A DNA stretch of 36,107 nt from Rhodoferax sp. (GTDB lineage Bacteria; Pseudomonadota; Gammaproteobacteria; Burkholderiales; Burkholderiaceae_C): positions 1 through 36,107 of the forward strand of contig JBIJDQ010000001.1 in assembly GCA_044344025.1 (NCBI GenBank). Direction: 5' to 3'. How positions within the stretch are numbered: position 1 is the first letter of the stretch; each line of letters opens with the position of its first letter. The position numbers and the translations under genes are program-made. Below the pieces are notes generated by a model. It saw only the letters and a program-made list of their open reading frames with translations. It made no database searches and was not told where the DNA came from. Positions 6,644 to 16,322 of the stretch are shown piece after piece.

Positions 6644-7618
6644 TCAGGACAGGCGTCCGAGCAGCAAGTACTCCATCAGCGCTTTTTGCACATGCATGCG
6701 ATTTTCTGCTTCGTCCCAGACCACACTTTGCGGGCCGTCGATCACGTCGGCATCTACCTCTTCGCCACGGTGGGCGGGCAGGCAGTGCATGAACAGCGCC
6801 TCGGGCTTGGCCGCAGCCATCATGTCGGTGCTGACACGCCATGCGGAAAAAGCCTGTTTGCGAATCGCGTTCTCGGCCTCATAACCCATGCTGGTCCAGA
6901 CATCGGTGGTGACCAAGTCGGCCCCCTCGCATGCCGCCAGTGGATTGCTATAGCTTTGGTAGTGTCTAGCGCTTATCCCTTCTGGGCTAACGGCTACTTT
7001 TTCGTTCACTTCGTAGCCGCTGGGGGTACTGACGTTGACCTTGAAGTCCAGCAGCTTGGCAGCCTGCAACCAGGTGTTGGCCATGTTGTTACCGTCACCC
7101 ACCCAGGCTACCGTCTTGCCCTGAATTGGGCCACGGTGTTCGATAAAGGTGAAGATGTCAGCCAGGATCTGGCACGGGTGAAATTCGTTGGTCAGACCAT
7201 TGATTACAGGCACGCGGGAGTATTCGGCAAAGCGCTCGATCTTGGTTTGCTCATAGGTGCGGATCATCACCAGGTCGGCCATGCGGCTGATAACCCGGGC
7301 GCTGTCCTCAATCGGCTCAGCCCGGCCCAGCTGGCTGTCGCCAGTGGTCAGATGCACCACGCTGCCACCCAACTGGTACATGCCTGCTTCAAAGCTAACT
7401 CGCGTGCGGGTAGATGCTTTCTCAAAAATCATGGCCAGCGTGCGGTCCACCAGTGGTTGGTGCCGGGTAAATGTTTTGAACTTGGCCTTAATGAAAGCGG
7501 CACGTGCCAGCAGATAGTTGTACTCGTCGGCCGTCAGGTCAGAAAACTGCAAATAGTGCCGCACAGGTGGAGCGCCTTTGGGGAGGGTGCTGGGAATGCC
7601 TTCTTTTACAGATTTCAT
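6644..7618 (-). CDS. argF: Ornithine carbamoyltransferase
   Basis: STRTR, HPCQ, DVWTSMG and HCLP motifs; ATGA overlap with argD stop. Confidence 0.96.
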   Translation of the reverse strand: MKSVKEGIPSTLPKGAPPVRHYLQFSDLTADEYNYLLARAAFIKAKFKTFTRHQPLVDRTLAMIFEKASTRTRVSFEAGMYQLGGSVVHLTTGDSQLGRAEPIEDSARVISRMADLVMIRTYEQTKIERFAEYSRVPVINGLTNEFHPCQILADIFTFIEHRGPIQGKTVAWVGDGNNMANTWLQAAKLLDFKVNVSTPSGYEVNEKVAVSPEGISARHYQSYSNPLAACEGADLVTTDVWTSMGYEAENAIRKQAFSAWRVSTDMMAAAKPEALFMHCLPAHRGEEVDADVIDGPQSVVWDEAENRMHVQKALMEYLLLGRLS

Positions 7619-8835
7619 GTGGCTTCTTTCAACAGGGCAGAAATCAAGGGGCACAGCAGGGAAACAATTTCATCTGCCTCAGCATGGCTCAAAATCAGTG
7701 GTGGCACGAGGCGTACCACGCTTTCGGCGGTGACGCTGATCAGTAAGCCGTTGTCTGCCGCCTGTTGCGTGAGCACGCCGCAGGGCTTGCAGAGATCAAT
7801 GCCCAGCATAAGCCCCTGGCCGCGTATCTCTTTCACGGCACCGCTGGCAATCTCTGGTGCCAATGCCGCATGCAGGCCCGCCTTAAGGTGCGCGCCCACA
7901 ATGGCGGCATTGGCCAGCAAACCATCTTCTTCGATAATGCGGATGGTTTCCACACCGGCGCGCATGGCCAGTGGGTTACCTCCAAATGTGGTGCCGTGGT
8001 CGCCAGGGTGGAAGATATTGGCGGCTTTGGGACCCGCTACCACCGCACCTACGGGTACGCCTGAGCCCAAACCCTTGGCCAGCGGCATCACGTCTGGCAG
8101 AATATCTGCCCACTGGTGGGCAAACCACTTGCCTGTGCGGCCCATGCCGCACTGCACCTCGTCAACCATCATCAGCCAGTCGCGCTGGTCACACAACGTG
8201 CGCAAATCGCGCAGGTAGTCCAGATGCATTGGGTTGACGCCACCTTCGCCCTGAATGGCTTCAAAAAAAACCGCAACTACGTTGGGATTGTTGGCGGTCG
8301 CAGCCTTGAGTGCGCCAATGTTGTTGATGGGGACGCGAATAAATCCTTCTACCAGAGGACCAAATCCAGCCTGGATTTTGGGGTTGCCCGTGGCGCTGAG
8401 GGTGGCGATACTTCGGCCGTGAAAGGCTTTCTCGTAAACCACGATTTCGGGGCGCTCAATGCCCTTGTTGTGACCGAACTTGCGTGCCAGTTTCAGTGCG
8501 GCTTCATTCGCTTCAAGTCCGGTGGAACAGAAAAACACATTGGTCATACCCGAAAGTTCAACCAGCCTTTTCGCCAGCTCTTCCTGGTTTGGGATATGGT
8601 AATAGTTACAGCTATGAATGATCTTGCTGACCTGGTCTTGCAACGCAGGCACCAGTTTGGGATGGTTGTGCCCGAGTGTGTTGACAGCAATGCCAGCCAA
8701 CGCGTCCAGGTAGCGCTTGCCGTTCACGTCCCACACATGGCAACCCTGGCCATGGCTGATCGCCAGGGGCAATCGCCCGTAGGTGTTCATCACGTGGGGG
8801 GAGCTGGCTTCTATTTTCGGGCTTGCAGAAGGCAT
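7615..8835 (-). CDS. argD: Acetylornithine aminotransferase (class III PLP)
   Basis: FHGRS, DEVQCGMGRTG, LAKGLG, HGTTFGGNPLA; GGAG RBS before ATG 8835; adjacent to argF. Confidence 0.93.
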   Translation of the reverse strand: MPSASPKIEASSPHVMNTYGRLPLAISHGQGCHVWDVNGKRYLDALAGIAVNTLGHNHPKLVPALQDQVSKIIHSCNYYHIPNQEELAKRLVELSGMTNVFFCSTGLEANEAALKLARKFGHNKGIERPEIVVYEKAFHGRSIATLSATGNPKIQAGFGPLVEGFIRVPINNIGALKAATANNPNVVAVFFEAIQGEGGVNPMHLDYLRDLRTLCDQRDWLMMVDEVQCGMGRTGKWFAHQWADILPDVMPLAKGLGSGVPVGAVVAGPKAANIFHPGDHGTTFGGNPLAMRAGVETIRIIEEDGLLANAAIVGAHLKAGLHAALAPEIASGAVKEIRGQGLMLGIDLCKPCGVLTQQAADNGLLISVTAESVVRLVPPLILSHAEADEIVSLLCPLISALLKEAT

Positions 8836-8858
8836 GGGGTAGGTCTCCAGAACGGATG

Positions 8859-8887
8859 AAAAAAAGAGGCCCAACGCAGGTTGGGCC
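8859..8887 (-). terminator. Terminator-like hairpin plus U7 in the argD leader
   Basis: Minus strand GGCCCAAC-CTGC-GTTGGGCC-TC-TTTTTTT, between a TAAAAT -10 (8899-8904) and the argD RBS. Confidence 0.55.
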
Positions 8888-8977
8888 GTTGAAGTGCGAT
8901 TTTAGACCGATCAAATTGGCAGAAAAAATTACCTTTCTATTCGATGAAACCTTGTGTTGTATCAATGGTATTGACAA

Positions 8978-9003
8978 GAACAAGTCTTGTATAAGACATA
9001 AGA
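8978..9003. promoter_or_regulatory. SdhR-like (GntR family) operator
   Basis: GTCTTGTATAAGACATAAGA matches 19/20 of the right part of the palindrome TCTTATGTCTTATATAAGACATAAGA, recalled from Burkholderiales TCA-gene promoters. Confidence 0.6.
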
Positions 9004-9015
9004 TGAGGCTAGAAT
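8987..9015 (+). promoter_or_regulatory. sigma70 promoter of the DUF3579 gene
   Basis: TTGTAT-N17-TAGAAT. Confidence 0.6.
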
Positions 9016-9017
9016 CA

Positions 9018-9030
9018 TGCTGCGACGCAA
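9018..9030. promoter_or_regulatory. PhaR/PhbF-type box
   Basis: TGCTGCGACGCAA fits TG-N-TGC-N3-GCAA and overlaps the predicted transcription start. Confidence 0.55.
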
Positions 9031-9066
9031 CAACCCAGCCCGCTGCCTCAAAACAACCTCCACCCG

Positions 9067-9405
9067 ATGGTTACACACACTTCAAAAAAAGTTTACATCC
9101 TGGGCCTCACGCTCGCCGGTCGCGCTTTTCGCCCCAGCGATTGGGCTGAACGACTGGCTGGCGTAATGAGTCAGTTTCGCCCGGGCGGGGCACAACCAGG
9201 ACGCTATTTGTCGTATTCGCCTTGGTGCGTGCCCACAAGTGTCAATAACGTGCGTTGTGTCATCGTTCACGAAGACCTACGTGCCCACAACGTCATGGCC
9301 TGGGACTTTGTAATGAATTTTGCCAAAGATAACGAACTGCAGGTGCACCATGGGGAGCCTCCTCAAAAAGGATCACATTCTCCTCATGGACACCACAAAC
9401 ACTGA
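9067..9405 (+). CDS. DUF3579 domain protein
   Basis: G.T..GR.FRPSDWAERLAG...YSPWCVP...FVMNFAKDNEL signature; His-rich tail. Confidence 0.88.
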   Translation: MVTHTSKKVYILGLTLAGRAFRPSDWAERLAGVMSQFRPGGAQPGRYLSYSPWCVPTSVNNVRCVIVHEDLRAHNVMAWDFVMNFAKDNELQVHHGEPPQKGSHSPHGHHKH

Positions 9406-9439
9406 AAACCTGCCGGCGTGATATCCAGAAGCATAGGCG

Positions 9440-9471
9440 TAAAAAAGCCGTTCAGTTGAACGGCTTTTTTA
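9440..9471. terminator. Bidirectional intrinsic terminator between DUF3579 and rpsT
   Basis: TAAAAAAGCCGTTCA-GT-TGAACGGCTTTTTTA between convergent genes. Confidence 0.9.
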
Positions 9472-9545
9472 CTTTTGCTGACAGCGCACCCGTTACAAAC
9501 GGCGTTGTCCTGATCCCTCAGGGCAACGTGCGATTTGCCTAAATG

Positions 9546-9845
9546 TTAGGCGGCGAGAGCCAGGGCTTTCACCTTGGCAGACAGACGGCTCTTGTCACGA
9601 GCAGCCTTGTTTTTGTGAAAAATGCCCTTGTCAGCCACGGTGTCAACCACGGCTTGCATTTTGGCAAACAGTTCTGCAGCTTTGACTTTGTCACCACCCA
9701 GAACTGCTTTTTCCACGTTTTTCACTGCGGTGCGGTACTTTGAGCGCAACGAGGTGTTGGCTGCATTGATTTTGATGTCCTGACGGACGCGTTTACGGCC
9801 CGACGCCAAGCGCGGGTTCTTTTTCTTTGGTTTTCCAGATGCCAT
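9546..9845 (-). CDS. rpsT: 30S ribosomal protein S20
   Basis: [19 protein letters not shown]...[16 protein letters not shown]. Confidence 0.97.
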   Translation of the reverse strand: MASGKPKKKNPRLASGRKRVRQDIKINAANTSLRSKYRTAVKNVEKAVLGGDKVKAAELFAKMQAVVDTVADKGIFHKNKAARDKSRLSAKVKALALAA

Positions 9846-9952
9846 GATTTGTGTTCCTTGAGTCTGTGGATGTTGTCAGCAAAGCCTGCGATTCTAGCAG
9901 TGACATGCGTAGCTGTCTTGCTCAACCGGCCAGCGCAGCTACACTTTGCAGC

Positions 9953-11518
9953 GTGAGTCTCTTTAAATCCGCCTCTGTTGTCTCTTTGTTGACCTTGCTC
10001 TCACGCATCACCGGCTTGGTGCGCGAGCTTTTGATCGCGTCGACTTTTGGGGCATCGGCCATGACCGATGCCTTCAATGTGGCGTTTCGTATTCCCAATC
10101 TGTTTCGTCGTTTCTTTGGCGAAGGTGCTTTCAGTCAGGCTTTTGTGCCCGTGCTGGCTGCCACCAAGGCGCAGCATGGGGAGTTGGCAACCCGGGTGTT
10201 GATCGACCGGGTCGCTACCGTGCTGGCCGTTGCATTGCTTGTATTGAGTGTCTTGGGGGTGTTGGGCGCAGGCGGGTTGGTTTGGGTTATGGCCAGTGGC
10301 TTGAAGCAAGACCCACGCGGGTTTGAGGTTGCCGTTGTGATGACGCGTTGGATGTTTCCGTACATTGCATTCATGTCACTTGTGGCACTCGGTGCCGGTG
10401 TGCTCAACACCTGGAAGCGGTTTGCCGTGCCAGCTGCAACACCCGTCTTGCTGAATATTTGTATGATTTTCGCGGCTTGGCTGGGCGCGCCATGGTTCAA
10501 GTCAATGGGGTTGGAGCCGATTTACGCCTTGGCAGGTGGTGTTTTGCTGGGCGGTAGTCTGCAACTGGCGGCGCAATGGCTGGCGCTCAAAAAACTTGAT
10601 CTTCATCCCAGAATGAATTGGCGATGGTCCGCGTTGCAAGTGGCCTGGGCCGATTCGGGGACAAAAAACATCTTGCGCCTGATGGGGCCGGCCTTGCTTG
10701 GGGTCAGCGTTGCACACATTTCCATGTTAATCAATACCCAAATTGCATCCCATTTGGCACCTGGCAGTGTGAGCTGGATTACCTATGCCGATCGACTTAT
10801 GGAGTTCCCCACGGCCATGCTTGGGGTGGCATTGGGCGTGGTGCTGATGCCCCAATTGGCCGGTGCCCGAGCCAACAACGACGCCGCCAGCTACTCGGCT
10901 ATGCTTGATTGGGGTTTGCGTCTGGTGGTGGTGTTGTCCGTGCCCTGTGCGGTGGCGCTGCTGGTGTTTCCGATGCCTTTGGTGGCCGTGCTGTACCACT
11001 ATGGCGCCATGACCGCCTTCGATGTGCGCCAGGTCACGCTGGCCTTGATGGGGTGGGGCGTAGGACTAATTGGTTTGGTGGCTTTAAAGGTGTTGGCTCC
11101 CGGATACTATGCCAACCAGGATACGAAGACACCGGTCAAGGTTGCCTTGGTGGTGCTGGTGCTCACCCAGCTATTGAATTATTTTCTGGTGCCAATTTTT
11201 GCCCATGCCGCGCTCACCTTGTCCATTGGCATCGGTGCCATGGTGAACGCGGTTTGGCTGCTGCTGGGTTTGCTCTGGCGCGGCAGCTACAAACCGCTGG
11301 CGGGCTGGGGCGTGTTCATCTTGCAGGTTGTGGCGGCTTGTGTGTTGTTGCTGGTATTTTTGATGTGGGCCAACAGCAGCGTTGACTGGATTGCCTTGCG
11401 AGCCCAGAGTTTTATGAGAATTTGGCTTCTGGTCCTTGTTCTGATTGGATCAGTAGCTATTTATTTTATAGCATTGTGGGCAACGGGAATGAAGCTTAAG
11501 CAGCTGATACGTCGGTAA
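9953..11518 (+). CDS. murJ: Lipid II flippase MurJ (MviN)
   Basis: SRITGLVRE, AFRIPNLFRR..EGAFSQAFVP, YADRLMEFP; divergent from rpsT; GTG start giving MSLFKS. Confidence 0.96.
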   Translation: MSLFKSASVVSLLTLLSRITGLVRELLIASTFGASAMTDAFNVAFRIPNLFRRFFGEGAFSQAFVPVLAATKAQHGELATRVLIDRVATVLAVALLVLSVLGVLGAGGLVWVMASGLKQDPRGFEVAVVMTRWMFPYIAFMSLVALGAGVLNTWKRFAVPAATPVLLNICMIFAAWLGAPWFKSMGLEPIYALAGGVLLGGSLQLAAQWLALKKLDLHPRMNWRWSALQVAWADSGTKNILRLMGPALLGVSVAHISMLINTQIASHLAPGSVSWITYADRLMEFPTAMLGVALGVVLMPQLAGARANNDAASYSAMLDWGLRLVVVLSVPCAVALLVFPMPLVAVLYHYGAMTAFDVRQVTLALMGWGVGLIGLVALKVLAPGYYANQDTKTPVKVALVVLVLTQLLNYFLVPIFAHAALTLSIGIGAMVNAVWLLLGLLWRGSYKPLAGWGVFILQVVAACVLLLVFLMWANSSVDWIALRAQSFMRIWLLVLVLIGSVAIYFIALWATGMKLKQLIRR

Positions 11519-11567
11519 TTTGGTTGGTTGAAATGGACATTGCTCACCCTGATGGACAATCGCACAC

Positions 11568-12419
11568 ATGAACCTCAGTCTGAACCTGCCTACACCACTT
11601 GAGTATTTTTCTGCTTTGGTACACGCCGACGCAGATTTTCCGCTCCTGGAAGCAGCCATTAGTCTCGCTCAAGACGAATATCCTGAGTTGGATGTGCAGC
11701 AAGTACTGGGTGACGTGGATCAGCTTTTGGCGCGTTTGATGCGCCGTTTGCCTGCCGATGCCGGTCCGCTTCAAAAGCTACGTGCGTTGAATCAGTTTGT
11801 TTACCGTGACCTAAATTTTGCGGGAAACTTCAACCACTACACCGATCCAGATAACAGTTTTGTGCACGTGGTGTTGCGCACTCGACTGGCCATACCGATT
11901 TCGATGGCCGCGATCTGGCTTGAGCTTGCGCAAGGTATTGGGTTAGCTGCTCGGGGCATCTCATTTCCTGGTCATTTTTTGGTCAAAGTCAATTTGACCG
12001 AAGGCCAGGTCGTGATTGACCCGTTGACTGGCCAGTCGCTCAGCCGTGAGGATTTGGCGGAGCGACTGGCACCTTTTAGGCAGCACAGCGGCCTGGTCGA
12101 CGAGCAGGAGGTGCCCTTGGGCTTGTACTTGCAGGCGGCGCAACCGCGCGAAATCATAGCCCGCATGCTGCAAAACCTGAAGGAAATTCATGCAGCTCAA
12201 GAGGACTGGACGCGTTTGATTGCTGTCCTGGATCGCTTGATTGTGTTGTTGCCTCAGGCATGGAGTGAGTACCGTGACCGTGGTCTGGCGCATGCTGAGG
12301 CAGGCCACCGCGGGCATGCGCTAGAGGACCTTGAAACCTATCTTGCCAACACGCCAACCACCTCTGATCGAGCAGCGATCTCTGCCCGTTTGGCAGAACT
12401 GCGTCGGACAACGCACTAA
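11568..12419 (+). CDS. SirB1/YchA family protein (transglutaminase-like core plus TPR)
   Basis: Y.DPDNSF..VL..R..IPIS, FPGHFLV, IDP, RMLQNLK, RDRGL. Confidence 0.9.
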   Translation: MNLSLNLPTPLEYFSALVHADADFPLLEAAISLAQDEYPELDVQQVLGDVDQLLARLMRRLPADAGPLQKLRALNQFVYRDLNFAGNFNHYTDPDNSFVHVVLRTRLAIPISMAAIWLELAQGIGLAARGISFPGHFLVKVNLTEGQVVIDPLTGQSLSREDLAERLAPFRQHSGLVDEQEVPLGLYLQAAQPREIIARMLQNLKEIHAAQEDWTRLIAVLDRLIVLLPQAWSEYRDRGLAHAEAGHRGHALEDLETYLANTPTTSDRAAISARLAELRRTTH

Positions 12420-12562
12420 GCTCTAGCGGCCATTTTGGATCTTGTGAGTTGTGAGTGGGGGGATTGTTCCACCAGCGTTTGCCTTCTTGGTTAACTGCCA
12501 AGGACGGCGCGGAGATATATCATCATTTGATTTGCTTTTGAAGCCTCCCCTTATGCCTTGGT

Positions 12563-12649
12563 TATAATGGCTCGCTGTGCATATTGCACCAGTGCACGTT
12601 AGGGGCAGTTCCAGCGCCTAACGCAAGTTCTACATCTACAGGAAATAAA
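12563..12649 (+). promoter_or_regulatory. rpsO promoter (-10 TATAAT) and structured leader, candidate S15 autoregulatory RNA
   Basis: TATAAT 12563-12568; stem CGTTAGG (12597-12603) / CCTAACG (12617-12623). Confidence 0.5.
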
Positions 12650-12916
12650 ATGATTGCATCCAGTATCAAAGCTGCCGTTGTCAAAGACAACGCACGACAA
12701 GCCGGCGACACCGGTAGCCCTGAAGTTCAGGTGGCCCTGCTGACCGCCCGTATCAACGAGCTCACCCCCCACTTTAAAACCCATGCCAAAGACCATCATG
12801 GTCGCCGCGGTTTGCTGCGCATGGTGAGCCGTCGCCGCAAGCTGTTGGACTACCTCAAATCCAAAGATGCTGACCGTTATGTGGCCCTGATTGCCAAGTT
12901 GGGTCTGCGTAAGTAA
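12650..12916 (+). CDS. rpsO: 30S ribosomal protein S15
   Basis: [13 protein letters not shown]...[13 protein letters not shown]...LGLRK. Confidence 0.98.
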   Translation: MIASSIKAAVVKDNARQAGDTGSPEVQVALLTARINELTPHFKTHAKDHHGRRGLLRMVSRRRKLLDYLKSKDADRYVALIAKLGLRK

Positions 12917-12935
12917 TTGGTTGGCAAAGCATGAC

Positions 12936-12972
12936 AAACGCCTGAGTTAGGTTACTAGCTCAGGCGTTTTTT
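12936..12972 (+). terminator. Intrinsic terminator after rpsO
   Basis: AAACGCCTGAGTTAG-GTTA-CTAGCTCAGGCGTTTTTT. Confidence 0.88.
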
Positions 12973-13013
12973 ACTTCGGTTTACGTCGAAAGTGGCAAAA
13001 ACGGATCGAAGCT

Positions 13014-13067
13014 GTGTCATTCCAAAGCCGTACTATCCCAAGTTTGGGTGTGGCTTTGGAATGGCAT
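13014..13067 (+). promoter_or_regulatory. Long stem-loop in the pnp leader, likely RNase III processing site
   Basis: GTGTCATTCCAAAGCCG pairs with TGGCTTTGGAATGGCAT (17 bp including GU pairs); position matches the known pnp leader architecture. Confidence 0.65.
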
Positions 13068-13139
13068 CGTGTTCTGTGTTGCAGCTTCCGGGCTCAAGTG
13101 GGGTGGCCTGCATCCCTCGATTTTCTAGGATATACCAAA

Positions 13140-15254
13140 ATGACGATGTTCAATAAAGTAACCAAAACGTTCCAGTGGGGTCAACACAAGGTGACCATGG
13201 AAACGGGCGAAATTGCCCGCCAAGCCACTGGGGCTGTGCTGCTCGACATGGATGGCACTGTGGTGCTTGCCACTGTGGTGGGCAAGACCGAGTCCAAGGC
13301 TGGGCAGGACTTTTTTCCCCTGACGGTGGACTATTCTGAGAAATCCTACGCTGCTGGCAAGATTCCAGGCAGCTTTTTCAAACGGGAAGGCCGCCCCAGC
13401 GAACTGGAAACCCTGACGTGCCGTCTGATTGATCGCCCGATTCGGCCCTTGTTTCCCGAAGGCTTCTTCAACGAAGTGCAGGTCATCATCCATGTGGTGA
13501 GCCTGAACCCCGAAGTGCAGGCTGACATCGCGTCCATGATCGCTACCAGCGCAGCCTTGTCCATCAGTGGCATCCCGTTCAACGGTCCGATTGGTGCTGC
13601 CCGCGTGGGTTACATCAATGGTGAGTACGTGCTCAATCCGGGTCAAACCCAACTCAAATCCAGTCAACTCGACCTGGTTGTGGCCGGTACCGAAGCTGCA
13701 GTCTTGATGGTGGAGTCGGAAGCAGACCAGCTTCCGGAAGATGTGATGCTTGGTGCCGTGGTGTTTGGCCACACCCAGGGGGCGATTGCGATTAACGCTA
13801 TTCACGAACTCGTGCGTGATGCCGGTAAGCCAGTATGGGACTGGCAGGCACCGGCACGTGACGAAATTCTGATTGCCAAGGTCGGTGCGTTGGCTACTGA
13901 TAAGTTGACTGCCGCTTACCAGATGCGTAATAAGCAAGTGCGCACACAAGCCTGCCGGATGGCCTATGCCGATGTTATGGCTGGCCTTAAGGCTGATGCT
14001 GTCGTGTTCGATTCTGTCAAGGTCGAAGGCATGCTGTTTGACATTGAGGCGCGTTTGGTGCGCGGTCAGATTTTGTCCGGCGAGCCGCGTATTGATGGTC
14101 GCGACACACGCACAGTGCGCCCAATTGAAATTCGCAACAGTGTATTGCCACGCACCCACGGCTCTGCGTTGTTCACTCGTGGTGAAACCCAGGCACTGGT
14201 CGTGACCACGCTGGGCACGGAGCGTGATGCACAACGCATTGATGCGCTGGCGGGTGATTTTGAAGACCGCTTCATGCTGCACTACAACATGCCTCCCTTT
14301 GCCACGGGTGAAGCCGGTCGTTTTGGTACGCCAAAGCGTCGGGAAATCGGCCACGGTCGTCTTGCCAAGCGTGCGCTGATTGCCGTGTTGCCCAACAAGG
14401 AAGACTTCCCTTACACCATGCGTGTAGTGTCTGAGGTGACCGAGTCTAACGGTTCGTCGTCGATGGCATCGGTGTGCGGTGGATGTTTGAGCCTAATGGA
14501 TGCAGGCGTGCCTTTGAAGGCCCATGTGGCGGGTATCGCCATGGGTTTGATCAAGGAAGAAAACCGTTTTGCGGTGCTGACCGATATTTTGGGCGATGAA
14601 GATCACCTAGGCGACATGGACTTTAAGGTGGCGGGTACCACTAGCGGTATCACTGCCTTGCAGATGGACATCAAGATCCAGGGTATCACCAAGGAAATAA
14701 TGCAAGTGGCCCTGGCGCAAGCCAAGGAAGCTCGCATGCACATTTTGGGAAAAATGCAAGAAGCCATGGCTGAAGCCAAGACTGAGGTGTCTAACTTTGC
14801 GCCTCGTCTGTTCACGATGAAGATTAACCCCGAGAAAATTCGTGACGTGATCGGCAAGGGCGGGTCGGTGATTCGTGCATTGACAGAGGAGACCGGAACG
14901 CAGATCAATATTGATGAAGATGGAACCATTACCATTGCATCTTCTGACCCGGCCAAGGCTGAAGAAGCCAAGCGCCGAATTGAGCAGATTACCGCTGAAG
15001 TTGAAATTGGCAAAGTCTATGAAGGCCCAGTTGTCAAAATTCTTGACTTTGGTGCACTCATCAATCTGCTGCCTGGCAAAGATGGTCTATTGCACATTAG
15101 CCAGATTGCTCATGAGCGGGTAGAAAAGGTTACCGATTACCTCTCTGAAGGGCAGATTGTCAAAGTTAAGGTCATGGAGACCGATGAGAAAGGCCGTATT
15201 AAACTGTCCATGAAGGCACTTCTTGAGCGTCCCGCACAAGAGAATCGTTCTTGA
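13140..15254 (+). CDS. pnp: Polyribonucleotide nucleotidyltransferase
   Basis: [35 protein letters not shown] and S1 domains. Confidence 0.98.
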   Translation: MTMFNKVTKTFQWGQHKVTMETGEIARQATGAVLLDMDGTVVLATVVGKTESKAGQDFFPLTVDYSEKSYAAGKIPGSFFKREGRPSELETLTCRLIDRPIRPLFPEGFFNEVQVIIHVVSLNPEVQADIASMIATSAALSISGIPFNGPIGAARVGYINGEYVLNPGQTQLKSSQLDLVVAGTEAAVLMVESEADQLPEDVMLGAVVFGHTQGAIAINAIHELVRDAGKPVWDWQAPARDEILIAKVGALATDKLTAAYQMRNKQVRTQACRMAYADVMAGLKADAVVFDSVKVEGMLFDIEARLVRGQILSGEPRIDGRDTRTVRPIEIRNSVLPRTHGSALFTRGETQALVVTTLGTERDAQRIDALAGDFEDRFMLHYNMPPFATGEAGRFGTPKRREIGHGRLAKRALIAVLPNKEDFPYTMRVVSEVTESNGSSSMASVCGGCLSLMDAGVPLKAHVAGIAMGLIKEENRFAVLTDILGDEDHLGDMDFKVAGTTSGITALQMDIKIQGITKEIMQVALAQAKEARMHILGKMQEAMAEAKTEVSNFAPRLFTMKINPEKIRDVIGKGGSVIRALTEETGTQINIDEDGTITIASSDPAKAEEAKRRIEQITAEVEIGKVYEGPVVKILDFGALINLLPGKDGLLHISQIAHERVEKVTDYLSEGQIVKVKVMETDEKGRIKLSMKALLERPAQENRS

Positions 15255-15323
15255 TAAGCAATTGGCGCTCTCGAATTAATAGCATATAACACTTTATTCA
15301 TGGGCTCTACCGGCTGTAAGTAT

Positions 15324-16322
15324 ATGAAAGTCATTGAAATCACAAGTTTTGGTGCACCACATGTCTTGCGTATGGGAGAACGCCCTGTTCCGGTACCTGG
15401 TGTCGGGGAGCTGCTCATTCGCGTCAGCGCAAGTGGCGTCAACCGGCCGGATGTCTTGCAGCGCATGGGTTTGTATCCTGTGCCGACAGGAGCGAGCGAT
15501 GTTCCTGGGCTTGAAGTCGCTGGTGTGATTGTCCAGGGAGACGCAGTTGCTTTGGCGACTGCTGGTCTCCGTTTGGGTGACAGGGTTTGTGCTTTGTTGG
15601 CGGGCGGTGGTTATGCGCAATGGTGTGTGGCACCAGTAACTCAGTGTTTACCCATTCCCGAGGGCTTCAGTGACGTTCAGGCAGCGAGCTTGCCAGAGAC
15701 CTTGTTTACGGTTTGGAGCAATCTGGTTGATCGGGGACACTTGGTTGCCGGTGAAACGGTATTGATTCAGGGCGGTAGCAGTGGTATCGGGGTTATGGCA
15801 ATACAGCTTGCGAAAGCCCTGGGCGCCAGGGTATTTGTGACCGCTGGGAGCGATGACAAATGTGAGGCCTGTTTGGCGCTTGGTGCGGATGCTGCTATCA
15901 ACTACAAGACCCATGACTTTCAGGTTGAAATCGCCCGTTTGACCGATGGACAGGGTGTAAATGTTATTTTGGATATGGTTGCAGGCAGTTATGTTGCCAA
16001 AGAAATTCAGAGTTTGCGCGAAGATGGACGACTCGTCATCATTGCGGTGCAAGGTGGTGTAAACAGTCAGTTCAATGCGGGATTACTGCTACGTCGTCGA
16101 TTGACGGTAACCGGTTCGACACTTCGCCCCCGATCCGTGGCATTCAAAGCACTTATCGCGCAGGCGTGTTTGAAATCGGTTTGGCCTCTTTTGTCCAGTG
16201 GACGCATAAAACCTGTTATTCACCGCACGTTTGGTGCTGTCGACGCGGAATACGCGCATGCCTTGATGGAATCAAACCTGCACATAGGAAAAATTGTTTT
16301 GACTTGGGAAAATTCACAATGA
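15324..16322 (+). CDS. NAD(P)H-quinone oxidoreductase, PIG3/MDR family
   Basis: GVNRPD..QR.G.Y, GLEVAG, GGSSGIG, GSTLRPR, HIGKIVL. Confidence 0.92.
   Translation: MKVIEITSFGAPHVLRMGERPVPVPGVGELLIRVSASGVNRPDVLQRMGLYPVPTGASDVPGLEVAGVIVQGDAVALATAGLRLGDRVCALLAGGGYAQWCVAPVTQCLPIPEGFSDVQAASLPETLFTVWSNLVDRGHLVAGETVLIQGGSSGIGVMAIQLAKALGARVFVTAGSDDKCEACLALGADAAINYKTHDFQVEIARLTDGQGVNVILDMVAGSYVAKEIQSLREDGRLVIIAVQGGVNSQFNAGLLLRRRLTVTGSTLRPRSVAFKALIAQACLKSVWPLLSSGRIKPVIHRTFGAVDAEYAHALMESNLHIGKIVLTWENSQ

Noticed and set aside
6635-8859. Long plus-strand ORFs (527 aa and 247 aa)
   Set aside because: Antisense to argF/argD; typical of GC-rich codon bias, with no recognisable motifs
8971-8995. TTGACA...TATAAG as the DUF3579 promoter
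   Set aside because: Spacer is only 13 bp; TTGTAT-N17-TAGAAT fits better
12420-12530. Possible gene remnant between SirB1 and rpsO
   Set aside because: Only a few residues of weak similarity to an aminotransferase N-terminus; not distinguishable from chance
13125-14354. 409-aa minus-strand ORF
   Set aside because: Antisense shadow of pnp
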